This document shows positions 9,264 through 18,350 of a DNA stretch of 64,000 nt, in pieces. The stretch spans positions 3,312,641-3,376,640 of the forward strand of contig OZ244860.1 in NCBI GenBank assembly GCA_965221035.1. The letters run 5' to 3'. Position 1 is the stretch's first letter; every line of letters begins with the position of its first letter. This DNA comes from Candidatus Rariloculaceae bacterium (GTDB taxonomy: Bacteria > Pseudomonadota > Gammaproteobacteria > Steroidobacterales > Rariloculaceae). The translations under genes and the position numbers were made by a program. Below the pieces are notes generated by a model that was not told where the DNA came from, did no database searches, and worked only from the letters and a program-made list of their open reading frames with translations.

Positions 9264-10687
9264 CGCGGCGTGAGCACGAAGTCCAGCAATTCTTCCTCCA
9301 GCAGGCGGTCGCTGGTGCCGACCGCGGACACATAGGAAATGTGTCCGTGCCCCGGCATCTGGCGCAGGCGCGGCTGCGCGTCGAAGTCCTCGACAAGCCG
9401 GGTCAGGAGTTGAGCGGTGGAACGGTGGAAGCCCCGCGGGTCGAATTCCGCCACGGTGATCAGCACCGGTGTCGAACCCGACTCGATATTGTCCAGCACG
9501 CGCATGTCGGCCAGGGTCCGACCGTCGACGGCATAGTAGTCGGAACCGACCTCGTCCGGGGCACCGGGCAACTGCAGGGCTGGCGATGCGAGGATGGCCC
9601 CGGCCACGCGGTCGCCCGTCGTCGACGTCAGGCTTGGACGGAACACGTAGTTGGCCACATGGTTGCCGCCTGCGGAATGGCCATAGACGTACAACCGGGA
9701 CGGGTTGCCCCGATAGTCGCCGATATTGGCGTGTACCCATTCCACTGCCGCGTGCACGGCTTCGGCGCCGCTGGGCCAGGTGGCCTCGGGCGCCAGGGGA
9801 TAGGTCATGTTCACCGCGACGAACCCCAGGCCGGCGAAGTGGATCGCCACATGCTCCAGGTTGCTCAGGTCGCCGCGCGAGAAGCCGCCGCCGTGCACCA
9901 GCAGGATGACGGGCGCTCCCATGCCGGGAGAATTTCGATTGTTGCCTTCGTAGACCCTGAGACGATGCCGTTCTTCCGGGCCGTAGGCGATTTCGTCGGA
10001 AACCGTGACGTCGGCAGCGACAAACACGCGCGGGGTGTCGGCGTACAGGGCCGCGGTCGCCACGGGATTGACGACGGGACCGATTTCGCGGTTGCCTTCC
10101 CGAGCCGCCGTGGTCATGCCGCTGCGCAGGGTGTTGGCGTTCCAGGTTGGCATTTCGTCGGTTTCCGACCAGCGCCAGCGTTGCCGATAGGATGCGTCGG
10201 CGGTACAGGATTCCAGGCTCACGGCCCTGGAGGAGTAGGGCGGCACCGTGCCGATGGCCGTGTTGACAAATACCCGCTCGGCCGCCAGCGTCAGGCACTG
10301 GCTTGAATCCGCGCTGGGCGTGACACGGCCATCGCCGTGAACCTGCCACGGGTGGGCCTCGTCGCAGTCGATGGAATGGACGTCCGCCCGGCCGGACTCC
10401 ATCGAGTCTGCGGAAAGGCAGCGGTCGTAATTGACCAGTCTGAGCTTTCCGTCGGCGTGCTCGAAAATTTCATCCACATCGAATCCCGGCAGGCTGTACT
10501 TGCAGCTGTGAGTGGTGATCGGCGCGTCGATTCGCATTTGAGCCCCGAAGCCGGGGATGTCCAGGCAGTAGCCGCGCGGGTCCTCCAATTCGTGCATCGA
10601 TCGCAGGAACGTCGACTGGGAGAACGCAGGCGACGACATGCACAACAGCACGGACGTCAGGCATGAGGTGGTCACGTGAGTCTTCAT
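9260..10687 (-). CDS. Secreted alpha/beta-hydrolase (HGGG-type esterase/lipase) with Cys-containing N-terminal domain (possibly ricin-type lectin-like)
   Basis: Start ATG 10687 gives the signal peptide MKTHVTTSCLTSVLLCMSSPAFSQ. The C-terminal half carries the oxyanion motif LLVHGGGFSRGD and the nucleophile elbow YGHSAGG (GxSxG). The lectin-like label for the N-terminal about 200 aa is a by-eye guess from spaced Cys/Trp residues. Confidence 0.75.
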   Translation of the reverse strand: MKTHVTTSCLTSVLLCMSSPAFSQSTFLRSMHELEDPRGYCLDIPGFGAQMRIDAPITTHSCKYSLPGFDVDEIFEHADGKLRLVNYDRCLSADSMESGRADVHSIDCDEAHPWQVHGDGRVTPSADSSQCLTLAAERVFVNTAIGTVPPYSSRAVSLESCTADASYRQRWRWSETDEMPTWNANTLRSGMTTAAREGNREIGPVVNPVATAALYADTPRVFVAADVTVSDEIAYGPEERHRLRVYEGNNRNSPGMGAPVILLVHGGGFSRGDLSNLEHVAIHFAGLGFVAVNMTYPLAPEATWPSGAEAVHAAVEWVHANIGDYRGNPSRLYVYGHSAGGNHVANYVFRPSLTSTTGDRVAGAILASPALQLPGAPDEVGSDYYAVDGRTLADMRVLDNIESGSTPVLITVAEFDPRGFHRSTAQLLTRLVEDFDAQPRLRQMPGHGHISYVSAVGTSDRLLEEELLDFVLTPR

Positions 10688-10725
10688 TGTTCTATCTCCA
10701 CGAATATCCGGCATGTGAACTGTTG

Positions 10726-11751
10726 CTATCCCTCGTCGCATTCATATGGTGCGATCTGCACGTCGGGAAGCCACACCAGTGTCTTGTCCATCACGACGGG
10801 TTCGGTAAACGTGGCCGGGTCGGTCACGGTGATTTCGTATTGAAGTTCGCTGGCGTTCTCGATCGGCGTGAACCGTTCGACCATCTCCACTTCGTCGCTG
10901 AGGGGAATGCCCCGGACATTGAAATGCCCAAAGTTGACTGCCGAGGTCTCCACTACCAGCGTCTCGCCCTCCCAGCGGCCGGTGGAGTGGCCGAGAACCG
11001 ACGGCTCCGGATCACCGGCCTGCGGTTCCAGGTGGATCATGCGGCGCAGGTCGTATTCCTCGATGCGCATCACGATGGTGTCGCCCTCGTCCACGAATTC
11101 GAACGGGTAGGGTGCCGCCATGATGGCGGGCATGCCCTTGATGGCGCAGTTCAGGAGCGGGTCGTCGAACTCCGCGTCGTACTCCGCGATGGTGGCGCGG
11201 GCGGCGTCGGTCAGCGGGTAGTCCCCGAGCCACAGGGAGCTCTTGCCGTCGGCGAGCGTCGTGCTCCAGACCTTGAAGATGCCCTGTTCCGCATTCGACG
11301 TGTCTCCGGTTTCGGCAAACCACCGGTCGTTGGTTCCCCACAGACGGTCCGACCAGATGAGGTCGGCGGGTTCGGGCGAAAACCGGAACACGAATTCCTC
11401 GCCGCTGGGCAACAGCAGGTTGTTGACGAACAAGCCATGCGGTGAACGCAGGGCGGGCCAGCCCGAGGCCCTTACCCGGTCGCCGATTTCGACGAACGGA
11501 TCGACGGCGGCCATTCGGCGCATGATGCTCAGCGAGTGGGTCTCCACTTCCCACTCCTGCAGTTCTCCGCCTTCACCCGTCACCGACATCGTGAACTTGA
11601 CGTGGGGATTGCGCCAGAGAATGCTGGTGATTTCACCCTCGACCTCGATGGTGGCACCGGGATCGAAGTTCCCCGCCACGCTGTGATGGGCCCAGGCGCC
11701 GGACACCATCGCTCCGGCTGCGGCAAAACCGATGACCACTCGAATCAACAT
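10726..11751 (-). CDS. Uncharacterised secreted two-domain protein (N-terminal domain like 12614..13036, C-terminal domain like 11917..12603)
   Basis: Signal peptide MLIRVVIGFAAAGAMVSGAWA is followed by HHS. The N-terminal part aligns by eye with the 12614 product (AHH..F.D.ATIE..G.I.S....NPH ... QEW.VE ... GDR). The C-terminal part aligns with the 11917 product (DP.L.C...G.P....PYP.E.V ... STG.WE.ETLV..T ... DP....EP.V ... YEC). It may correspond to the family I recall as DUF6152 plus a lipocalin-like domain; those names are unverified. Confidence 0.6.
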   Translation of the reverse strand: MLIRVVIGFAAAGAMVSGAWAHHSVAGNFDPGATIEVEGEITSILWRNPHVKFTMSVTGEGGELQEWEVETHSLSIMRRMAAVDPFVEIGDRVRASGWPALRSPHGLFVNNLLLPSGEEFVFRFSPEPADLIWSDRLWGTNDRWFAETGDTSNAEQGIFKVWSTTLADGKSSLWLGDYPLTDAARATIAEYDAEFDDPLLNCAIKGMPAIMAAPYPFEFVDEGDTIVMRIEEYDLRRMIHLEPQAGDPEPSVLGHSTGRWEGETLVVETSAVNFGHFNVRGIPLSDEVEMVERFTPIENASELQYEITVTDPATFTEPVVMDKTLVWLPDVQIAPYECDEG

Positions 11752-11916
11752 GGCATTCTTCTCCTTTTCGGGGCTGGCATCACCGGCGCAAACTCCCGTC
11801 GCTCCTGCGGCGCGATGCCGCTTGTTCGTCGAAATGGCATTTGCCGTATGTCCGATGACTGGAGTACGCTAGCCATCCCGCGATGGAAAGTTGCGCCTTG
11901 CATGAGGAATTATAGG

Positions 11917-12603
11917 ATGCTATCGACACGGGTACACCCTGAGCGAGCGCGGACTCCGGCGCTTGCCGGCGCGATCATCGCATTTTCAACCGTATTGTTC
12001 TCGGGTGAGGGGCTTGCCCAGGCCGACTTCGAAGGCATCTGGAACCCCCAACATCCGAGCATGATGGGCCAGCCGGATCCGGCCACCGTCAGGCTGACGC
12101 CCGCCGGCCAGGCCGAATTCGACGCCTTCACGCCCGACAAGGACCCGACGCTGCGCTGCCTGATGCCGGGCATACCGCTGGGATTGGTGGACCCGTATCC
12201 CATCGAGATCGTGCAGCAGGAACACCAGATTCTGATCCTCTACGAGCACTTCCACCAGGTACGCAGGATCTTCATGGACGGTCGGGAGGCGCCGGATCAT
12301 TGGCTGCCGTCCCTGATCGGATATTCCACGGGCCATTGGGAGAACGAGACCCTGGTGATCCGCACCACGCACATGCATCCCGACAACTACATGTGGACCG
12401 CCGGTTTCCCATTCTCGGGCGACGAGCATACCTACGTGATCGAGCGCTGGTGGCGCGAGGGTGACGTGCTGCGGTTTACCGGCGAAGTGCATGACCCGAC
12501 CTATTACGAGGAACCCTACGTGGTGAACGGTCGCTGGAACTACGCTCCCGATGGCGAGATATGGGAGTATGAATGCATTCCCGAATACGGCGGCATCGAA
12601 TGA
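11917..12603 (+). CDS. Uncharacterised secreted protein, homologous to the C-terminal domain of 10726..11751
   Basis: Start ATG 11917 (AGGA 9 nt upstream; alternative ATG 11902). Signal-like N-terminus ALAGAIIAFSTVLFSGEGLAQA. Motifs shared with the fused paralog: DPTLRCLMPGIPLGLVDPYPIEIV, YSTGHWENETLVIRTT, YEC. Confidence 0.6.
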   Translation: MLSTRVHPERARTPALAGAIIAFSTVLFSGEGLAQADFEGIWNPQHPSMMGQPDPATVRLTPAGQAEFDAFTPDKDPTLRCLMPGIPLGLVDPYPIEIVQQEHQILILYEHFHQVRRIFMDGREAPDHWLPSLIGYSTGHWENETLVIRTTHMHPDNYMWTAGFPFSGDEHTYVIERWWREGDVLRFTGEVHDPTYYEEPYVVNGRWNYAPDGEIWEYECIPEYGGIE

Positions 12604-12613
12604 GGAGAGGCCG

Positions 12614-13036
12614 ATGAAAAAGTTGACGACTCTTGGACTGGGTTCGGCGCTCGCCCTGTTGGCCGGTTTGCCGGTGGTGGCGCACCATAACGGGGGCACG
12701 TATTTCGATACCGCCACCACCATCGAGCATAGCGACGCGACGGTCGTCTCCTATGCGATTGTCAATCCGCACGGACGGCTCCACTACACCCTCACGGACG
12801 CCGAGGGCAACGAGCAGGAGTGGAGCGCGGAGTTGGCGAGCGCCAACAACCTGCGCCGTCGCGGGCTGGGAGGGGAGATCTTCAAGCCCGGCGACCGGCT
12901 GGTGTCCGTCTCGGGCAACCCGAGCCGTAGCGGAGCAAACTTCATGCGGCTGGAGCGGGCCGAGTTCGCCGACGGAACGGTGGCAACGTTCACCGGCGCC
13001 AATCGCGGGATCACGCCGGGGCGCGAGGCGCAGTAG
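12614..13036 (+). CDS. Uncharacterised small secreted protein, homologous to the N-terminal domain of 10726..11751
   Basis: ATG 12614 follows GGAGAGG. Signal peptide MKKLTTLGLGSALALLAGLPVVA is followed by HHN. Shares NPH, EQEWSAE and PGDRL strings with the fused paralog. Lies 10 nt after the stop of 11917..12603. Confidence 0.6.
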   Translation: MKKLTTLGLGSALALLAGLPVVAHHNGGTYFDTATTIEHSDATVVSYAIVNPHGRLHYTLTDAEGNEQEWSAELASANNLRRRGLGGEIFKPGDRLVSVSGNPSRSGANFMRLERAEFADGTVATFTGANRGITPGREAQ

Positions 13037-14969
13037 CACTCCGGGAGCGAGACACGGTAGTACCCGGGGCGCCAGGGGCAGTCGCGCCTGCGGCAGCCGC
13101 GCCTGGGGCGCCATGTACGGTGGCGCTCGGGGTACCAGGTCCAGCGGCGCTCGGGGCACCAGCAGCAGGTACGCCCGTGCCAGTGACAGTAGCAAGGGGG
13201 CGGCATCCGGCGGCCTCCGGATAGCCGCGCAACCGTGCCTGCACTTCGCCGCGTACGGAATTGATGAGAGTCAATCCGCGGACGCGCGCCAGTTCATCCT
13301 TGTGAATCGGTCGTTCGCGGACTTTGCCCCTCTCCAGCAGCCACTGGCGGTAGGTGCCGCCCAACAACCCGCAGGTGACCGGCGGCGTGTACCGAGCGCC
13401 ATCCAACTCGACCACGATGTTGGCGATGGTCGTCTCGGTGAGGTACCCGTCGGGATTCCAAAGCAGGACATCGTCACAGCCTGCGGCGGACGCAGAAGCC
13501 CTTTCGTAAACTTCCCTGCGGGAGGTCTTGTGATAAAGGAACGGGTTTTCCGGATCAATGGGATGCGTGGCCAACCCGACTAGCGGCGGCGTCTTGCCGG
13601 CAGATCCGGATTCGCTGATCGGCAAATATTCAAGCGATGGCGTCCCTTCGCGTGTCAGGCTCAGCCGGATCCGGTAGGCTCGTTCGTCAAGGGCGCCGGT
13701 CAATGAATCCAAGGCTTGCCCGACCGTGTTCCGGTCGAAGGTGAATCCAAAATACTCGGCCGAGTCGGCCAATCGTTTGAGGTGGTGATCCACCAGGAAG
13801 ATGCCCCGCTCCGGGGTCCACAGCATGGTTTCAAGCAGAGAGAAATCCGATGCGGGCGCGGGCGACGACAGAATCCTGGCCTTGGCGAGGCATTCCGCGA
13901 ATTCGTCTCCGGGCTCGGAGTCCGCGACGATGCCGCCTCCCACGCCATAGAATGCCGACCCGGTGCGCCTGTCCACCACCGCGGTACGGATGGCGACGTT
14001 GAATTGCGCTTTCCTGTTCGGCGCCAGGTAACCGATGGCGCCGGTATAGATTTCCCGCGGGAACGGTTCCAGGGATTCGATGATCCGCATGCTGGAGACC
14101 TTCGGCGCGCCGGTCACCGAGGCGCTGGGAAAGAGCGCGCGGATCACCTCCGAAACCGGCGCGTCGGTGCGCGCTTCCACCGTGGAAGTCATCTGCCAGA
14201 CGGTGGGATGACGGGTCACCGAGAACAGTTCGGGCGTAGAAACGGAGCCCGGCACGGCAACCCGGCCGAGGTCGTTTCTGACCATGTCCGCAATCATCAC
14301 GTTTTCTGCCCGGTTCTTGCCCGAGCGGTATAGCCAGGCGGCGAGTTCGCGATCCTCCCCGAGGGTCATGCCGCGCTTCGCCGTGCCCTTCATCGGCTGA
14401 CAACGGAGGCGGTTCCGGTCCAGCCGAAAGAACAGCTCGGGCGAAGCGCAGACGATCGCATGGTCGCCGCAATCGACGAAGGCGGCATAGGGCGCGTCGG
14501 CGGCCACCTGCTGGAACAACGCGTGCGGATCGTCCACTTGCTCCGCGACCTGCCGGGTCGTGTAGTTGATCTGGTAGGTGTCGCCCGCGCGGATGCGGTC
14601 CTTGATCGCGGCGACCTTGCGGAAGTACTCCTGCCGGGATTCGGCCATCCGCCACTCCGGTACGGGCTGCGGGCCGGGACGTGGCAGGGTTCGTACCGGC
14701 CCGGCATTCCGGAACAGCCCGAAGCAGACCAGGGGCAGCCTCGCGCCTGGCCGGGTTCGATACGCGGGATCGAAGCCCCGCGCCGCCTCGTAGGTCAGGA
14801 AGCCCGCCGCGAAAAAACCCTCGTGATGTACCCGGTGCTCCACCTCCACCAGCACATCGGGCACAGCGGCCGGATCGCGGCACGCCAGCACGTCCACCGG
14901 TTCGTCGAAGCGGAGCCAATGCCCGGCTTCGGGATCCCGCAGGACGATTTCCCCAAGGACCGGGTGCAA
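13011..14969 (-). CDS. Aminodeoxychorismate synthase component I fused to an aminodeoxychorismate-lyase-like (class IV aminotransferase fold) domain
   Basis: Chorismate-utilising enzyme strings: PMKGTAKRG, SVTGAPKVSSMRIIESLE, REIYTGAIGY, GVGGGIVADSEPGDEFAECLAKA. A second domain follows (LLETMLW..., DDVLLWNPDGYLTETTIANIVV, LINSVRG). It ends in an about 75-aa A/P/G/T-rich tail that overlaps the convergent gene 12614..13036 by 26 nt. Confidence 0.8.
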   Translation of the reverse strand: MHPVLGEIVLRDPEAGHWLRFDEPVDVLACRDPAAVPDVLVEVEHRVHHEGFFAAGFLTYEAARGFDPAYRTRPGARLPLVCFGLFRNAGPVRTLPRPGPQPVPEWRMAESRQEYFRKVAAIKDRIRAGDTYQINYTTRQVAEQVDDPHALFQQVAADAPYAAFVDCGDHAIVCASPELFFRLDRNRLRCQPMKGTAKRGMTLGEDRELAAWLYRSGKNRAENVMIADMVRNDLGRVAVPGSVSTPELFSVTRHPTVWQMTSTVEARTDAPVSEVIRALFPSASVTGAPKVSSMRIIESLEPFPREIYTGAIGYLAPNRKAQFNVAIRTAVVDRRTGSAFYGVGGGIVADSEPGDEFAECLAKARILSSPAPASDFSLLETMLWTPERGIFLVDHHLKRLADSAEYFGFTFDRNTVGQALDSLTGALDERAYRIRLSLTREGTPSLEYLPISESGSAGKTPPLVGLATHPIDPENPFLYHKTSRREVYERASASAAGCDDVLLWNPDGYLTETTIANIVVELDGARYTPPVTCGLLGGTYRQWLLERGKVRERPIHKDELARVRGLTLINSVRGEVQARLRGYPEAAGCRPLATVTGTGVPAAGAPSAAGPGTPSATVHGAPGAAAAGATAPGAPGTTVSRSRSATAPRAPA

Positions 14970-15029
14970 TTCAAGGCACCCGGCAAGCGGGGGCGGCCCT
15001 TGTCCGCATCGGCTCCGGCGCGGTTGCCG

Positions 15030-16703
15030 CTATGGATAGAGGCTCGGCAGTCGGTCGGCCCGGTAGATCGCCCAATTGGAATCGTCCTGCTGAAGCCGCA
15101 TTTCCCAGACCTTTTCGGGCGGGTCGGTGTGGGTGACCTCCATCAGGCGCGCCCAGCGCTGCGCCTGTCCGGGCGGAACGTTGATGCCTTCGGCATTGGT
15201 TTCCGCTCCGCCCACGTTGATGAGGATGGTATCGGCCTGCGGGTGCCAATCCACGTCGCCCAGGTAGCGCCCGTAGAACATCTCCTGTTCCGGACCGTAT
15301 ACCCACGGCTGGCTGACTTCCATGGTCTCCTCGTTGACCGCGTATTCCACGGCGCGGCTGTAACTGTCGGCCAGGGGCATCTTCTCCTCGAACGGGCTGG
15401 CCCGCGCGGCGCCGTTGTCGAACAGCAGGTATGTACCGTGCTCGGTGTGGGAAATGGCGTGGTGCTTGTAGGACCATTCCACATCGCCCACCGGCGTGAG
15501 CAGTTTGTCGCTCCACGGTTCGTTCCAGTTGTCGTGGGTGCCGAGAATCCAGACCAGTTCGCCGGTGTCCATGCTGACCTTGATCACCGCGTCCTGGTAG
15601 GGGACGGACATGAGAAAGGAGTGGTCCGCCTCCTCGTAGATCAGCGCGTTGCCATGCGTCCAGTCGTAAACGACGCCTTCGACTACTCCGTCGTAGTGGT
15701 TCGCCCAGAAGTCCTCCCGGAGCGAGTTGTAGCCGATGCGGTTGACATCAAGGATGTCGAACAGGCTCCAGGAGTTGACGACCTCGCCCTCGGGCGTGAA
15801 CTCGACCACCAGGTCGCCAATGACGTTGGCGTCGGCGCGTGGCGCGTCCGGATCTGTTTCGCTGGTGTACCAATCCTCGATGACCCTGTGCTCCGAACTC
15901 AGCAGCAGGAAGTTGCCGTTGGGCAGCTCGGCGAAGTCGTGGTGGAAGGAATCGGTTTCCACGGCAATGCTGTCCGGCGCCGGGTCCTTGGCCGTGCCGG
16001 TGAAGTGCCAGCGCCGCTGGATGTTGCCCAGCATGTCGATCTCGATCATGCCGCCGGTGCCGGGCCAGACCTCGTAGACCAGGTTGCCGTTGGAGATCCT
16101 GCGGATATCGTGCACGCGATGGTCGCCGGGCAGGTAATACCAGATGATTTCGCCCTCATCGTCGACGACGACGGCGGGCGAGAAGTTGGCCGGAGTGGAG
16201 TTGCCTTCCGTGTCCCACCGGCCGTTGACATTGAAGATCGTCACGCCGGGTTCCATTCTGGACGGGTCGCGGACGGTGACTGCGGGTGTCGGAAACGCCT
16301 CCGGCAGCGGGGGCGTGACAAAGGTCTGGGCGTCGGTCTCCGAGGAAAGCCCGGTACCGTCCTCCACTGTGGCGGTGATCGTGTGCGTGCGGCCTGCGCG
16401 CAATCCCAGGACCGGCAGCTCGTGCTCCGTCGTCATCGCCTCCTCGGGCGTAACGCTCCAGGATCGCTCGCCGTCGTCGACGTTGAGCGTCAGGCGGGTC
16501 GGCACATCGGTGGCGACGCTCAGAATGGCGGCCAGCGGCACCGTCGGGTTGGGATTGCCGATCAGGGTGACGCCCTCAATGGCCGGAGCCTCGGCATCCG
16601 GTGCCTGCGCGCCCAGTTCATCGCCGTCGGGCGGTGCGCAGCCAAGGATCAGTAGAGACGCCGAGCACATCATGGTTGCGCGCACTATGTATGAACGATA
16701 CAT
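15030..16703 (-). CDS. Arylsulfotransferase (ASST)-like beta-propeller lipoprotein
   Basis: Start ATG 16703 gives MYRSYIVRATMMCSASLLILGCAPPDG (lipobox LILGC). ASST-like strings include SFHHDFAELPNGNFLLL and YDWTHGNALIYEE. The family call is by eye. Confidence 0.6.
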   Translation of the reverse strand: MYRSYIVRATMMCSASLLILGCAPPDGDELGAQAPDAEAPAIEGVTLIGNPNPTVPLAAILSVATDVPTRLTLNVDDGERSWSVTPEEAMTTEHELPVLGLRAGRTHTITATVEDGTGLSSETDAQTFVTPPLPEAFPTPAVTVRDPSRMEPGVTIFNVNGRWDTEGNSTPANFSPAVVVDDEGEIIWYYLPGDHRVHDIRRISNGNLVYEVWPGTGGMIEIDMLGNIQRRWHFTGTAKDPAPDSIAVETDSFHHDFAELPNGNFLLLSSEHRVIEDWYTSETDPDAPRADANVIGDLVVEFTPEGEVVNSWSLFDILDVNRIGYNSLREDFWANHYDGVVEGVVYDWTHGNALIYEEADHSFLMSVPYQDAVIKVSMDTGELVWILGTHDNWNEPWSDKLLTPVGDVEWSYKHHAISHTEHGTYLLFDNGAARASPFEEKMPLADSYSRAVEYAVNEETMEVSQPWVYGPEQEMFYGRYLGDVDWHPQADTILINVGGAETNAEGINVPPGQAQRWARLMEVTHTDPPEKVWEMRLQQDDSNWAIYRADRLPSLYP

Positions 16704-16887
16704 CGAAATTCTCCGTGAGGTCTTGTTGTTCCTTGAAGGGTGTCGGACGGTAGCCACCGCGTTCCGGCTTGCGGTCTACGCGGTTTTCCCGACCGTTCCG
16801 ACGGAATACGATTCGGACAGGCGTATGATACACGCTGCAAGACCGCATGCTTGGCGGTCAAGGATTTCATTTGTGGAGCAATCGACC

Positions 16888-18261
16888 ATGAGATGGATTT
16901 TCAGTGTGATGACGCTCGCCTGTTTCGGGATTTCAGGAGCCTCGGCGCAGCAGAGCGAGGCCACCGCGAGACTGCTTGCACGAAACGAGATGTTCGAGCC
17001 CGCCATCATCGAAGTCGCCGACAACGTATATACGGCGATCGGTTACCAGGTGTCGACCAATACCATGATCGTGGGCGATGACGGCGTCATCATCATCGAC
17101 CCCGGGCAACAGCTGGCCGGTGCCCGACAGGTTCGCGCAGAATTCGAGAGGATCACCGATCTGCCCGTACGCGCGCTCATCTACACCCATGGCCACGGCG
17201 ACCATATCAACGCTTCGCCCGTCTTCCACGATCCGGATGCCGGCATCGAAGTCTGGGCGCGCGCCAATTTCGGCTCGGAGGCTGCGCGGGTAGTGGCGGG
17301 CGGACTGACGGGCGGTGCGCGGCCGTCCAACACGCAGGGGTTCGATCTTCCACCCGAGCAACGGATCAGCGTAGGTGTCGCGATTCCCCCGCAACGACCG
17401 GTGGGCAATCTGATGGGCGACGGCGCGCGGGCGGAGGTCCAGCGGGCCGAGCCGGTGCAGCCGACCCATACCTTTACCGAGGATCGGATGCGGCTCGAGA
17501 TCGCCGGCGTCACGCTGGACCTGGTGGCCGCGCCGGGCGAGACCGCGGACCAGCTCTACGTCTGGTTGCCGGAGCAACGCGTGGTCTTCGCCGGCGACAA
17601 CTTCTATCAGTCCTGGCCGAACGTATACCCTCTGCGGGGCACCGCCAGGCGTTCCATTCGCGACTGGATCCGAAGCATCGACAGCATGATCGCCGAGGAC
17701 CCGCTGCACGTGGTGGGGGGACATACCACACCGATGCTCGGCAACGCGGTGGAAGTCCTGACCAACTATCGCGACGCCATGCAGTGGGTGCTGGACCGCA
17801 CCATCGAGGGTGCCAGGCAGTTCATGACGCCGGATGAGCTGGTGGAGTATGCGGCGCTTCCGGAGCATCTGGCGGAGCTGGACTACCTGGCCGATTACTA
17901 CGGCAGCGTCTGGGGGACGGTGCGTGACATCTATGCCCAGGATCTGGGCTGGTTCGATGGCGACCCGCTGAACCTGCATCGGGAAAGCCCGCTGAAGCAG
18001 TCCCAACGAATGGCGGACCTGGTGGGCGGCGTGGATGTCCTGATGACCAGGGCGCGTGAGGCGATGGCGGCGGACGATCCTCTGGGCGCCGCACAGTTGG
18101 CGCAGCACGTGATCCGGCTGCGCCCGGACGAGCAGGAACCCAAATTGCTGATGGCGGACGCGCTCGCCGTCATCGGCGAACGGACGTTCAACGCGCCGGC
18201 CCGCAATTACACGCTGTCCTCTTCGAATCGATACCGGCGTCAGGCCACGGAAGGCGAGTGA
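16888..18261 (+). CDS. MBL-fold alkyl/aryl-sulfatase (SdsA1/BDS1-like) lacking the C-terminal SCP2-like domain
   Basis: Start ATG 16888 gives the signal peptide MRWIFSVMTLACFGISGASAQ. Metallo-beta-lactamase motif YTHGHGDH. Alkylsulfatase-typical strings PGETADQLYVWLPEQRVVFAGDNFYQSWPNVYPLRGT and YYGSVWGTVRDIYAQDLGWFDGDPLNL. The protein ends after the dimerisation-domain-like region (457 aa). The ORF-track 705-aa form includes a spurious upstream extension. Confidence 0.8.
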   Translation: MRWIFSVMTLACFGISGASAQQSEATARLLARNEMFEPAIIEVADNVYTAIGYQVSTNTMIVGDDGVIIIDPGQQLAGARQVRAEFERITDLPVRALIYTHGHGDHINASPVFHDPDAGIEVWARANFGSEAARVVAGGLTGGARPSNTQGFDLPPEQRISVGVAIPPQRPVGNLMGDGARAEVQRAEPVQPTHTFTEDRMRLEIAGVTLDLVAAPGETADQLYVWLPEQRVVFAGDNFYQSWPNVYPLRGTARRSIRDWIRSIDSMIAEDPLHVVGGHTTPMLGNAVEVLTNYRDAMQWVLDRTIEGARQFMTPDELVEYAALPEHLAELDYLADYYGSVWGTVRDIYAQDLGWFDGDPLNLHRESPLKQSQRMADLVGGVDVLMTRAREAMAADDPLGAAQLAQHVIRLRPDEQEPKLLMADALAVIGERTFNAPARNYTLSSSNRYRRQATEGE

Positions 18262-18350
18262 GGGCGTCGTATGTAGTCACAAAGTGGTCTTGAATTGGAA
18301 CGCAAGTCGGCGCATAGTTGGGATAGAACAGGAGCCAGGAGTTATCCGTC

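Noticed and set aside
9264-10349. The N-terminal 362 aa of the 661-aa ORF 8364..10349
   Set aside because: This part is R/G/P-rich, lies in another frame over the well-supported esterase gene, and has no signal peptide. The cytochrome begins at ATG 9263 with a proper signal sequence and an ATGA overlap.
14460-16655. 731-aa plus-strand ORF antisense to the pabBC and ASST-like genes
   Set aside because: It has no recognisable domain and a composition typical of antisense GC-rich frames. Both sense genes have strong motif support. The same reasoning applies to 16144..16887 (the upstream part of the alkylsulfatase ORF), 21275..22945, 32892..34337, 44835..46370, 54803..55573 and 57621..58883.
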